Source: Camelus dromedarius
Taxonomy: Eukaryota
Assembly: GCF_036321535.1 (NCBI RefSeq)
Contig: NC_087437.1
Coordinates: 23,624,001-23,688,000 of the forward strand
Length of the DNA stretch: 64,000 nt
Reading direction: 5' to 3'
Below are positions 49,854 through 61,700 of the stretch, one piece after another. The translations under genes and the position numbers were made by a program. The notes beneath the pieces were generated by a model that was not told the origin of the DNA, did no database searches, and saw nothing but the letters and a program-made list of their open reading frames with translations. Position 1 is the first letter of the stretch, and every line of letters starts with the position of its first letter.

Positions 49854-51001
49854 CTATATTTTGGGGGAGAGAGAGGGGTCACGATTTACAATGGGAATGA
49901 TAATATATGATTACAGAACATAGTCATTTTTTTCTTGTTGGTACAAATCAATGACTATAACCAATATGAAATAAATACACTCTTATTTCATATTAGAAGC
50001 AAGTTATTATGTACATGAGACATCAACCTGTTAATATATTTGATGGATTTTTAGCCTGAATATGGATTTAAAAATAAAAGTAGACAATTACATTGTGCTG
50101 TGAGCAAAGCAAAAAGCTTTCATGCTAGTGGCTCAGCGCACCTGATGCTGATTCCCACCTACACAAATTCCTTGCACAGTAGCAAAAATTCTTTTTACCT
50201 GCTCTATACTAGAGAGTGTACAGTCATATACAGAGTGAATACGGTTTTCTCCCAGAATCCTTTTTGGAAAACGGCTGTGTTTAAATAAAATCAAAACATA
50301 ACACGATAAATACTTAATAAATTCAAAACATACCATGATGGATAGTTACTGGTTTAAGAACCACACAACTCAATTAGAGGTGGTTTAGTCCACATTTCCA
50401 GTGACTCATACTTTTACCGTATTCTGCCTGATGGTAACTGAGGTCACGAATTGCTGCAGGGGAGGTACTGAAGTCGCTTTCATGACAGCTTGGCCTCTTG
50501 TTGAAATTAGAGAAATTTCTCCCTGGATTCACTATAAGGAACAGTCCTGAGTCTTTTAACCAGTTGACTTTTCTCTCATAAGAAACACAAATCCCATTGA
50601 TGGGGTGTTTCTCTCCTTATATCAACTCCTACGTTGCTTGAAAAAGCAGGGCCTACTTTTGAGCCTTCTTCTATGAAGGCAAGCTGTCATCATTTTTATC
50701 ACTACCACCTCTCTTTGCAGACTTATTTTCTTACTTGTATTTTTCCTTTACCTAATTTCCCCCCACATACGTTAGAGGTTTTTCAGTACATATATGCCAA
50801 TATAAATTCCTTTTAATCCCTTTCTGTCAAAGATAAATAGGAGTGTTCACATGTATAAAGAAATTAATATATTTTATATATATTCTCCAAATATTAAACA
50901 AGTAACTTCAAAATGAAATAATCTCCAATTTTTAAAGGAAGAGAATCACACAATTCACATTTGAAAATAAAGCAGATTAAAATTTATTCACAGAGACTTA
51001 C

Positions 51002-51008
51002 CTGACAT
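51002..51008 (-). CDS. PLSCR4: PLSCR4 start-codon mini-exon (exon 51029-51002, 28 nt; coding ATG TCA G)
   Basis: TTGTTTTTCAG|GATTCATTGGAATTCTTCAAAATGTCAG|GTAAGT: strong acceptor and donor, A at -3. Joining all exons gives an open 996-nt CDS. Confidence 0.92.
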
Positions 51009-51139
51009 TTTGAAGAATTCCAATGAATCCTGAAAAACAAAACATTTTTATACCTTAAAAATATATATATATAGTTACTATCATTGTTTAGTGATACACG
51101 TAACAAGTCTTGTGATTCTTTCAGCCTCTAGTTATCTTT

Positions 51140-52030
51140 CTTTCATTCTTTCTTTTAATTCAACAAATATTTACAGAGCACCTATTATGACTAGGCACTA
51201 CTACAGGTGTTGAAAATAAAGCAGTAAACCAGATGGACACTGCTGGAGATTATATTCTAGTGGAGTGAAACATGTCAGCGAATACTTAAGATTAAACTTA
51301 GATAGAAGAGTTAGGAAACTTAGATAGAAGAGTTAGGAAGAAAACAGAGTAAAAGATCTAAGAAAAACACGTTGGGGAGTTCCAGGGGCTAGGAAAGCCT
51401 CATTCAGGAGGTGACCTTTCAGCTATCTGAGCTATGAAAGGAGGCATTATACTAAAAACAAGTATGAAGACAGTTTCAGAAAGACAAGAAAGTAATTGCA
51501 AAGTCCTGAAATGGCAAAGAGCTTGGAATATTCAAGGGAGGGAAAGATGTCAGGTGTGACTGGGACACAGGGGAAGAAGAGAACCAAGGTAAGAGGTGGA
51601 GACAGAGGTCTGCCTGAAACTCATGGCACAATGTTTGGAATCTGTTGGAATTGCAGTGGGGAGGTCTCTAATCAGTGATCAGATCTGACTTAAACTTTAT
51701 CTTGAGAGGGCAGGAGTAGAAGCAATGAGGGAGGGATGGAGGCAGTAATCCAGGTGAGAGCTGATGCTGGCTTAGACCTGGGAGGTAACAGGGGAGAGGG
51801 TCAGATGCACAACAAGATTTGGAAGCAGAACCTACAAGAGCTGCTGATGGACTAAGCAAGGACAAGCATCAAGGATGAGCCTCGCTTTTTAAAGCCAGGG
51901 TGTCTAAATTGATGGTGATGCCACCAACCGAACTTAAGAGGAAGATGGTGGGGAAAATGTTGGGGACTGGAGTGTTGAGACTGGGGAGGGCAGGAATCAG
52001 ATGTTCAAATTGGGACCTGCTGTGTTTAAG
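51140..52030 (-). mobile_element. L2 LINE 3' region
   Basis: TTCAACAAATATTTACAGAGCACCTATTATGACTAGGCACT...GCAAAGTCCTGA...CAGTAATCCAGGTGAGAG. Confidence 0.75.
51294..51337. repeat. Perfect 22-bp tandem duplication
   Basis: AAACTTAGATAGAAGAGTTAGG x2. Confidence 0.95.
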
Positions 52031-52072
52031 AAGCTGAAAGAAAACATGTTAAACATTTAAATAAAAATATGT

Positions 52073-52170
52073 GGGGGTGGGATGGGGTATAGCTCAGTGG
52101 TAAAGTGGGTGCCTGGCATGCAAGAGGTCCTGTGTTCAATTCTTAGTGCCTCTGTAAAGGGGAAAATTTT
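52073..52170 (+). mobile_element. Older tRNA-derived short SINE (vic-1-like)
   Basis: GGGGTATAGCTCAGTGGTAAAGTGGGTGCCTGGCATGCAAGAGGTCCTGTGTTCAATTCTTAGTGCCTC, homologous to 20216-20319. Confidence 0.8.
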
Positions 52171-52576
52171 TGTATATGTGAACATCCTGAGAATAACTCA
52201 GAGAAGTAAACTAGAAGTTCAGGTGATATTCGAAACAAGGGGGCAGGATCCAGGGAGAAATTTCATTAATCCAATCAAGGGGAAAAAAGATTATTATTAG
52301 AGAAAGGAATTTCAGTATTTCAGGTTTCTGAGTTCTGGGTAATGACAAACAACAAGAAGAAAACATTAACAAATGCTATAATATACTGAATGCTTATGAA
52401 ATGTCAGGAAATGGCCAAGCACTTTTCATGTTATCTCCAATTATAAGATCTCTCTGATATGTAAATAGCCAACCCTGCTAAACTCAAGAACTTCTAAATC
52501 CAAAGTCCGTTTTTCCAATGAGTCATCCTGGTTGTCAGAGTACAGAATGTGGTCATTTGTGCTGTTTGAGTAGGAA

Positions 52577-52690
52577 GTAAATATATATACATATGTGTAT
52601 ATGGACAACTGAATTGCTTTACTGTACACCTGAAATTAACACTGTAAATCACCTATACTGTAATAAAAAGTACAAATTAAAAAGAAAGAA
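52577..52690 (+). mobile_element. Very short L1 3' end
   Basis: AACTGAATTGCTTTACTGTACACCTGAAATTAACACTGTAAATCACCTATACTGTAATAAAAA. Confidence 0.7.
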
Positions 52691-53084
52691 AGTCACAGGT
52701 ACAGAATAGACTTACTGAAGTAGCACTAGAACGCCATAGGAGTGAGTGGTCAACACGGATACTGAATTGATCCGGTGAATGCCACCATGGCATAAGCCAG
52801 CGTGAGGATTCCCAGCTCTCACCACACCTGGTTCAGAATTCCACCAGTCTTGGACCACTTTCACTAACCTCTTTGGAGCTGGAGTTAATTGTACAGTGTC
52901 CTATGAGTCTTAAAAGTAAAAACAGTTTCCTGAGGCATACCCCAAATCCAGACCCAACTGCAGGCCAACCAAAAGAATTCCAGGATTTGATCCTATTCCT
53001 TTAATGATGATACTCTGGTGTTTAGGAAAATGCCCACACCTTTCCAGAACCTTAAATTCTGAACATTCCTAGGACTCCCACGCT

Positions 53085-53620
53085 TGTACACACAGGTTAT
53101 AGATGAGAATGTTTTTGACAACCTGTTCATATTAAAAGAAACTGAAAACACTTCCCACGCCCATCAATGGTACACTGGATAAATAAATTCTGATACATTC
53201 ATATAACACAATAGTATACTGTAGTGAAAAGAAAAAACTACAGCTACTCATATCAACCAAGATAAATCTCAAAACTACAACAACAAAAAAATAAAAGCAA
53301 TTCATAGGAGAATACATTTGAATCCCTTAAGAATGTTCAAAAGCAGGAAAATGAAACAAAACATTTTCTTTTCTGATAAATGTATAGGAGAAAAGTCAGG
53401 GAATTAATAACACAAAATTCAGGAAAATTGTCATATATGGAGAAGTGACTTGGGGCAAGAGTTTTTAGTGCTGGCCTTCAAGGGGCTTGAAGTTCCTGCT
53501 AATGTTCTAACAGGGCAGTGGCAACAGAGGCAATGGGTTGTTACTAGCTTTTAAAGAGCAGCGTGTATGTTTAAATATGCACATTTATATGTATGACATT
53601 GTTTCCCAATAAAAAGAACC
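53085..53620 (+). mobile_element. Old L1M (MD/ME-like) 3' fragment
   Basis: CCATCAATGG...GGATAAATAAATT...ACATTCATATAACACAATA...GATAAATCTCAAAA. Confidence 0.6.
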
Positions 53621-56600
53621 ATCTGACAGTTCTGTGTTGAGTGTAACTTTCTAACTAAACATCTCCTGTTCCTTTCTATACTAAACCTGGGGATTGCACA
53701 CTGTCAAGGAACTGTAATGGAAACTAATCAGAACAGAATATTGAGTGCCTTAGTAAAAAGGGGAAAATTATCCATCTATCTGTCCATCTGTCTATTCAGC
53801 CATCCATCCATCCAACTACCTATGGTGGCACATGGTATATAGCATAGTGCAATGGTGGCAAATGTTAATGATTGCTGAATATTTGAATATTTTTGAATAT
53901 TGATAAATATTTGAATATTTTTATTACCAAAAAGAAACCTGAAGGAAAAATACACCACTCTGGACCCCAAAAGTGAAGCAGCATCTCTGGGGTCCAGGTC
54001 TGGAAATCTGTACTTTGAACACAGTCCCAGGTGATGCTTTTCATCAGGCATGTTTGAGGCTGACGGAGTGTAAAGAAAAACAACATTTCTCAACCATGCC
54101 AGGCAAAAATTAAAATTCCAATGTGATTCAAGTTACTGAAAAACACCTTGAAAACATAAAACAATTCTGAAAAAATTTTAAATCTATAGAAATGTTTTAG
54201 AAACTAGTATCAATGAATTTTAACAAAAATACACCTAAGCATTGCTTCACAAGCTGCAGGTGCTCAAAGCATTTATCTCCTCCCTCCTTTGAGCCACTAG
54301 TTTCTTTTTTTTTTTTTTTAACCACCCTAAATTCTCATCCTTTTCTTTAAAATTTTACAATATAGTTTATCAAAAATGTTATATAAGGCGGGGTAATTTC
54401 CACTTGGTACAATGATAATTTCCAGTTGGTACATGTTGTGCATGTAACCCTCCCTTAACACGCAGGGGATTGTCGCAGATTTCCTGCTCACTCAGCGAGG
54501 CCAGCAAGTGCCATACATTACGGAGAGACTGACTTCTGGCTTTTTAGCAAACAGAAATCAGACAGAAAACTGAGCTGCATCTCCATAATAAGTTGGCATT
54601 ACACGGCCCAGAGAACTCAAGTGCAGAGGCCTTGGCATTTTCAAGGCTTAGGCTGCATACAGGGAAATCTAAGCCAATGGAAGAGTAAAGAGGGAAAGGA
54701 GACACAGGCGACACAGGATGAGGCAGGCGAAGCTGTGGTTGGCTGATCTGTGAGGCAGCTCTGATATCTTAAACGGCATCCTAGAGATGCCATTTAACTG
54801 GTGGTAAAAGCTAGAGAGCATTTAGCTGGATACCTCTGGCTGCAGCAAACTCTGCAGCTGTGTTATATGCTCACTCTTCAATTTCACCTCTGTAAACAGT
54901 GACACACTAGCAAAGTCCAATAAAACCACAAGTTCTAGAGCCACGCCATGGATATTTGAAACTTCAAACGCAAAACTGAAGATGACAAAGCTCTTTGCAG
55001 CTGAGCATTTACTGGAATCTGTCTTGGTCTTGGTAAGAGAGCCTCTGGGCACATGAGAATTTTGCAATTCTCTAGGCACAGGGCTTGGAAACCTGCCTAT
55101 GAAATCTAAAACCTTGGGCTCTGCCTGTCTCCACTGCCTTCAGCTCTAAGCAGAGAGAAAAGAAAGCAGTAGGTCCCTGTCTGCACAATTCCTTCAGCTT
55201 CTTAGCAGCAGCAGGAAATACAGCTAGTTCTTGCAAAGTCCTGGTCCATCTACCACAGTTCCCCATTTGGGTTTAATATGTAACTGTTAGGAAGTGATAT
55301 CCTTTGTACACAAGGTAGGACACTTGGTGGAGGGCAGAAGACTGGGTAGATGGTAAGTGGTGTATGCCAGCACATTTCAGACAGTATGGACAGTGGTGCA
55401 GACAGGTAGCTCCCAGGTCTACCTCTACTAGTTGTGTAAGGCAGCCCTGATATCTTAAATGGCATCCTACAGCTACCTTGAGTGACCATTCTGTTCTTCA
55501 GTTATCTTGTGTGTCATGGGCACAATGACAGCTGAATCCACCTCACAGAACTACTGTGAAGACTAAAACGGTTTCCCCTGGATAGCACTTAACACAGCAT
55601 CCGGTACATAGCAAATCCTCGACAAATATACATTACTACTACAATTTCGCTAGGTAAAATAAACGAACTGGTGAGGAGACCAAGAATAAACGTCCGTATT
55701 CAAACGTAGTATATTAAAAAAAAAAAAGCTGTCTGCCATTTAGCCATTTAACATGTATTACTGAGCATCAGTGTGCAAGACTTAATGCTGGGTTCCAAGC
55801 TGATACCAAAAATTTCCATCTCCTACCATCAGCAAGTATGGTCCTAGCAGATGTGATTTTATGAGCATTGTTTGTACTGAGTTTCAAATTGGAAAAAGCT
55901 AGGAGAAAACAGAGACATTGCTGAGGGCTTTTTCCTACTTGTAGCTAAATGAAAGAGGTAAGCACAGCTTAAGTGTCTACAGGATTTGCTTCTAATTTAG
56001 GATAGTGACATTTATTATGTTATATTATTAAGATGAATTGATTTATCTAGTAACAGGCTTTAGAAAGAGTAGACAATTAAAATTACATTAAAGACATCAT
56101 CTCTTTGTCTCTTATTACAGAAATACTGTGAAACTAAATAAATACATACAATAAATAAATATATTTAAATGTAAGGTACCAAAGACTATACCTTAACTTA
56201 TTTGAACTATTCCATTTTTGTTGTTTACAGCTTTTTGATATTATGATCTGTGCTATAAAATTTTCATTTACATAAATATTTGCATATACTTCTAGCCATT
56301 CACTTATGAGAAAATAATTTACAAAGGATTCATGTTCTACAAGTGAATGGTTTTATAGTTTAGGGAACATTTTGTCAAGTTATTTTTTTTCTAGCAAGGC
56401 TTTTCAGTTTAAATCTAAATCATATCTGACTGTGACCATCTCAATATCAAATATTATCTTTCTTTAAATTTTGCCACATACCAAGGAATTGGTATTCTTG
56501 TATTACCATGCCACCAAATATAATTCTTAATTCCTTAAATATTAAAAATAATCATGTATTTTCTGAAAAAGAAGTTAGCTGATATGGTGATGTAACAGAT

Positions 56601-56691
56601 TTCTGAGAATCACTAATGCAAAAATGTTACAAAATAGTAGATACTCAGGACTTACATTTGAAAGAACTGTTCATTCTTTTTATAAGTGACC

Positions 56692-57407
56692 CTTTAAATA
56701 CCTTTTGCTAATTAAAACATATAAAACTTTTATTCATATCTTCACATGAAGATAAAGGCAAATGGAAATGTAATGGCTGCCTAGGGAAACAGACCCTAAA
56801 ATTGGAGGTTTAAATGTAAAAATAAAATAAAATCCCCTCAGGAAAAGTAAAAAATCAGATAAATTGTTTGAAGAAAGAACATAGAAAACGGACTGGGTGT
56901 GGCTAAGAGGGACCCCAAATAAAATGGACCCATACAGCCATGACAGACTTGGGGCTCAGTTCTTAGAAAAACCAGGGACAACTATAAGAACTTCTGATTT
57001 TGCTGTCTTTCCTAGAATGTTCCTAAGGAGAAGCTCTGACACCAGTTAATCACAAAAATTTGTGGTCAGGCTGCAAGGGTCATCCAATTCCCATACAAGT
57101 CTCCCAATGGTGGCTTCTGAGGTTTTTGCTTTTAAAAGTACTTCGCCCCCCAAAACATACTTTGTTACACCCAAAGGCTGTGTATCCCCAGTCTGCAAAT
57201 GTTTTGAACAATAAAGCTGTCCTTTTGTTTCAAGATAACCCTGATTCTTTCCAGGGATTTATTTCTAATTTAGGATGACACTTTAAATACCTACTGCTAG
57301 TTAAAATATATGATACTTTTATTCATTTCTTCACAGGAACCAAGATCAAGACAAATGGAAATTTAATGGCTGCCTAGGGAAATAGACCCTAAAATTGCAG
57401 GTTTACA
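56692..57407. repeat. ~125-bp direct repeat pair (56692-56814 and 57281-57407)
   Basis: CTTTAAATACC...CTTTTATTCAT.TCTTCACA...CAAATGGAAAT.TAATGGCTGCCTAGGGAAA.AGACCCTAAAATTG.AGGTTTA present in both copies. Confidence 0.95.
56815..57280 (+). mobile_element. Solo LTR (MER34/MER39-like ERV1), 466 bp
   Basis: TGTAAAAATAAAATAAAAT start, AATAAA at 57210-57215, TTTAGGATGACA end; flanked by a long direct repeat. Confidence 0.65.
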
Positions 57408-58086
57408 AGCAACAGATGCATTATGTTTCTATTTAGCTTGCCTGTGGATTCTGGATTGAATATTAAAATAGTCAGGTTGTTCAAGGGTCACCTATTTGAA
57501 ATCACTGCTGAAGAACAAACTAGCTCAGATCAGATTTGACAGTGGTATCCAGAAATATGGCCTCTGATCCCACACAAATCTTGCACATTAAGGGTCTAAC
57601 TAGATTTCTGCAGTAAGTTTACTAGACAAATTGTGTTCTTTTGCTTCCTTTTCTTTTTACATTTCTTAGCTTTATACTGATGGATGAAAAAAGCTGGATG
57701 TCCAAGAACTGATTATTATTTTTGTGGCTAATGTATCAAATCAGAGCTCCCAGGATTGATGATCTCCTATCTTTCAATTGTATTCAACAAAGACACTTTC
57801 TAAACATCTTCCTAGGCAGTTTACAAATATTAATTTCATAAGAAGCTTTGTAAAAGACACTATAATAGAGGTGGAAACTGAGGCACAGACAAGTTATTAA
57901 AAGGCTCGCCTCCAAGGCTGCATGCAGTTAGTGAGAAACTCTGGCAGCATTTACCAGGGCGATCCAGCTCCCCAAGGCTATTTCACGTTGCTACCTTGCC
58001 TGGGCTTTCCTTTTATCCTTTTGGCCACACCAGAACTCTTCAATGTTTACCTTTGAAGTAGGGGAGAGCTGTAAGATAGAAAAACA

Positions 58087-58300
58087 CAGTTGACCTTGAA
58101 CAATGCAGGGATCAAGATGCTCACCCCCCGCAGCCTAAAATCCACGTATAACTTTACAGTCAGTCCTCTTATCCTCAGCTCCGCATCCAAGGGTTCAGCT
58201 GACTGAGGATCATGCAGTCCTACAGTTCCTATCTAGTGAAGAAAATCCACATATAAGGGGACCCTCACAGGTCAAACCTGTGTTGTGCAAGGGTCCACTG
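58087..58300. mobile_element. MER8-like (Tigger2-derived) MITE
   Basis: Terminal inverted repeats CAGTTGACCTTGAACAA and TTGTGCAAGGGTCCACTG|TA. Confidence 0.8.
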
Positions 58301-60082
58301 TATGTACAGTTTAATGAGCTACTTTTTCTTGTCTCTGTAAGGCACAGCAATTCTGACGTAGACTTGGTAAAATCAAAAAAACAGAAACAACTAGTTCAGA
58401 TATGTTACTCTTTGAATATGAATTTGCTGAATAATTGGGTAGGTCTGTTTGAAATGTTTTTACAGTAATGGTGAGACATTTACATTAATCGGTTTTGGCT
58501 CAGCAAAAGTTTTGTGGATTATAGACTAATTCACATGTGACATTAACATGGATAACAGAAACATTAGCTGTAAGGTTTAAACTAAGTCAGTTTATGTATT
58601 TTAGTAAATGTAATGAGGTAGGTGAAGAATGCATTTCACAAAAATACCTGCAGCTAGATTTCTCATGATATAAACAGAGCTCAGGAGGAAGCTTTTCATG
58701 GACTTCCCCAACCTTTCTCTCTGGGAAGCTGGCCCCAAAGCAGATCATGTTTATGAAAGAGAGGACTGGGGTCTCTGCCTATTATGGCCAAATAAGCCAC
58801 TGGGGCAAAAAGAAAACCCCTTTCTGGCCTAGAGGTGGTGCTACGTAGTGCAGAGAGTGGAGAAAAGTCAGCAGAGCAGTGTGGAGGGAGGCTCCTGGGA
58901 GGGAGACAGAGAGTCGGGAGAGAGGAAATCAGCAGCTGGTGCAGTAAACAGGTTTGAAATGAGAGCCTTAAAGAGGATTAAATTTGGTGGAATCCCCCCC
59001 AACTAGAAGGTAAACTTCCTAAAGAAAGATGTTTAACTTAAAAAAATATATTATTCTTGTACTCTCAGTACATACAGCAGTGGCTGCACATGGTAGGCAT
59101 CCAAAAAATATTGTTTAAATGAAGCTTTTCACTCTGTAAAATCCTCTGCTACATCCTTTAAGGAAATTTCTCCTATAAAGCTTAAATTATTCCTCCACAT
59201 CACGGGGTATATTTTTGTTTCCTTTGAATATAATATCTTATAGATTCCATTACGTTTGCATGAAATCAATCCTACAAGAAACTTGAAAGAAACTGATTAA
59301 TTTTCATTATGAAAAATTAAAATATTGGAAAATTCTAGTTAATCTATATTATGTTTTTACAATTTATACAAACATTTTTCTTAGTTTAGTCACACCATTA
59401 TTCTTGCTGAACAAAATGTCTATGGTAGGATATTCCCCTTTTTAGCACGTTAAGAATCTTGAAAGTTGGTTATTTGGCTTTATTTTAAAATAAAAGAATG
59501 AGATTAAATGGGAGCAAACTGATAGTCACAGTTGATAACTTTTATTAAACATAGAGAATATCAGGTCTATTTTAGCTTTCAGAGGGGGCATGTTTTTGTT
59601 ACTTGGAGTACAAAAAATACCAGAAGAATAATATCATGATCTTTATATAATGCAATTAAGAAAACATTACCATGCCGATCATGGTTTCTGGAAGATTACC
59701 AGATAATGCTTTATTGTGTCATTTTCTGACTAGTCTTCCAGTATTAAAATCTGTAACAAAACAGGATGTCGTGTGACCTACAATTAAACCATTTTGATAA
59801 GAAGCTTTACATGTATAAAAAGTCATTTTAAATATGTGTTATCTGGAAAAGTACATAGATTTGTATCACAAAAGGACCCCTTCTACACAGATCCCCCTCT
59901 CCCATCTCAAAGGCAACCAGACACTAGTTTTTGTCTTCCAAGAAGTTTTCTAAGCAGACACAAAATATATTTATGCCTTTTAACACAAATGGCAGCCTTC
60001 TATATACCATTCTGTACCTTGTTCTTTATTAAAATTGTCCTGATGTTGATTACATTTCAGTTCCCATAACCTTATTCTTTTT

Positions 60083-60391
60083 TTTTTTTTTTTTTTTTTA
60101 TTCTACAATTTTGAAATCCCAGTCTATCCCTTCCCACCCTCCGCCCCCCTGGTAACAATAGTCTGTATTCTCTGTCTGTGAGTCTATTTCTGTCCTTTAT
60201 TTACGCTTTGTTTTTGTTTGTTTGTTTGTTTTTGTTTTTTAGATTCCACATATGAGCCATCTCATATGGTATTTTTCTTTCTCTTTCTGGCTTACTTCAC
60301 TTAGAATGACATTCTCCAGGAGCATCCATGTTGCTGCAAATGGCATTATGTTGTCAGTTTTTATGGCTGAGTAGTATTCCATTGTATAAAT
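60083..60391 (-). mobile_element. Young 5'-truncated L1 insertion with poly(A) tail and perfect 17-bp TSD
   Basis: Pure T-run. TSD ATAACCTTATTCTTTTT at 60066-60082 and 60392-60408. TT/AAAA endonuclease site on minus. Confidence 0.92.
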
Positions 60392-61410
60392 ATAACCTTA
60401 TTCTTTTTAATGGCTGCACCAATTCAACTGGCTGCTTGATGAAAATTTAAACTGTTCCCCAAACGCATGCTATTACAAACAATGCTGAAATAAGCTTATA
60501 TATTACTTCTTTGTATACATGTGTATGTGTATTAAATTCTTAAAAGTTGAATTGCTGGATCCTAGTTTTGAGCAATTTTATTTTAATGTATACAGTCAAA
60601 GTATACACTAAGAATCTGAATCAATTCACCCATAAGACAAAAAGGTGTTACATTTCTCACACAATGTTTAATCAAAATTTTTGTCACTGCCAATCTGAAA
60701 GGTGAAAACATTTCAGTTTTATTGTCCGCATCTTGACCAGTTTTTATTATATGCTTAAAAGTTATTTTCATCTCCTGTGAAATGCCTGTCTGGCATGTGC
60801 CCATTTTTCTCTTTGCTAGTTTTTAAAGAAATTTTCTTTTCCTGTTGCTTATAAGAATGGTATTAAAATTTTATTTTCTGTTAAGAATATTTTCTCAAAA
60901 TCTGTCATTAATTTCTACTACATTTTTTGCCATGCATTCTTTATTTTTTATAATCCAATTTCAGATATTTTCCTTTTTAAAAGATAGCATTTCCACCATC
61001 CTGAAGGATGCAAGAGGTTTTAGTACAATGTTGCTGAAATACATAGAGTGTGAAAATTACTGTTATTTTCTGTTTATAAAAAAGTTAACAGGTTGTGAAA
61101 ACCCTCAGGCAAAACTTTTCAACTGTGTGCCTATAGGAAAGGTAACAGCAATCAATACTAAAGAAAGGGATTTTCAAAGAAAGAACCTGAAAGAGAAAGC
61201 AAATGGAGCGAACAATATGAAAAGCTTTGTGAAAGAACATGTATTTCTTCTATTATTCATAAAGTGATTCTTCTGTATGTTACTAATTACACTCTCAGCA
61301 GCTTTACTGTTTATTATTTTACTTTTTCCTCTTATGACATCATCATTTGTTACTTATAAACATGCATACATTACAGAATCATGTAACGGAATATGAACAT
61401 ACCTAATAAT

Positions 61411-61700
61411 ATACCACACCTCAGAGACATTGCAGGTTCAGTTCCAGACCATCAAAGTAAAGCCAATATCACAACAAAGCAACTCACACAAATTTTTTGG
61501 CTTCTGAGTGTAAGAGTTATGTTTACATTATACTGCAGTCTACCAAGTGTGCAATATCATTATGTCTAAAAAAAGGAACATACCTTAATTAAAAAATAAT
61601 TTAGTGCTGAAAAATGCTAACCATCATTTGAGCCTTCAGCACATTGTAGTGTAACATCAAAGATCCCTGATGTCTGTAACAAATATAATAATGAAATATG
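61411..61700 (-). mobile_element. Second Tigger1 deletion derivative (partial)
   Basis: CACCTCAGAGACATTGCAGGTTCAGTTCCAGACCA...; shares the internal junction seen in 29911-30390. Confidence 0.8.

Noticed and set aside
50418..50496. Exon-like cassette between the ATG exon and exon 3 (AAG| ... ACG|GTAAAA)
   Set aside because: Length of 77 or 79 nt shifts the frame, the acceptor is weak and there is no homology. RNA evidence would be needed.
60845..61267. 140-aa ORF
   Set aside because: AT-rich, F/I/K-biased translation in degraded L1-rich intron; non-ATG start.
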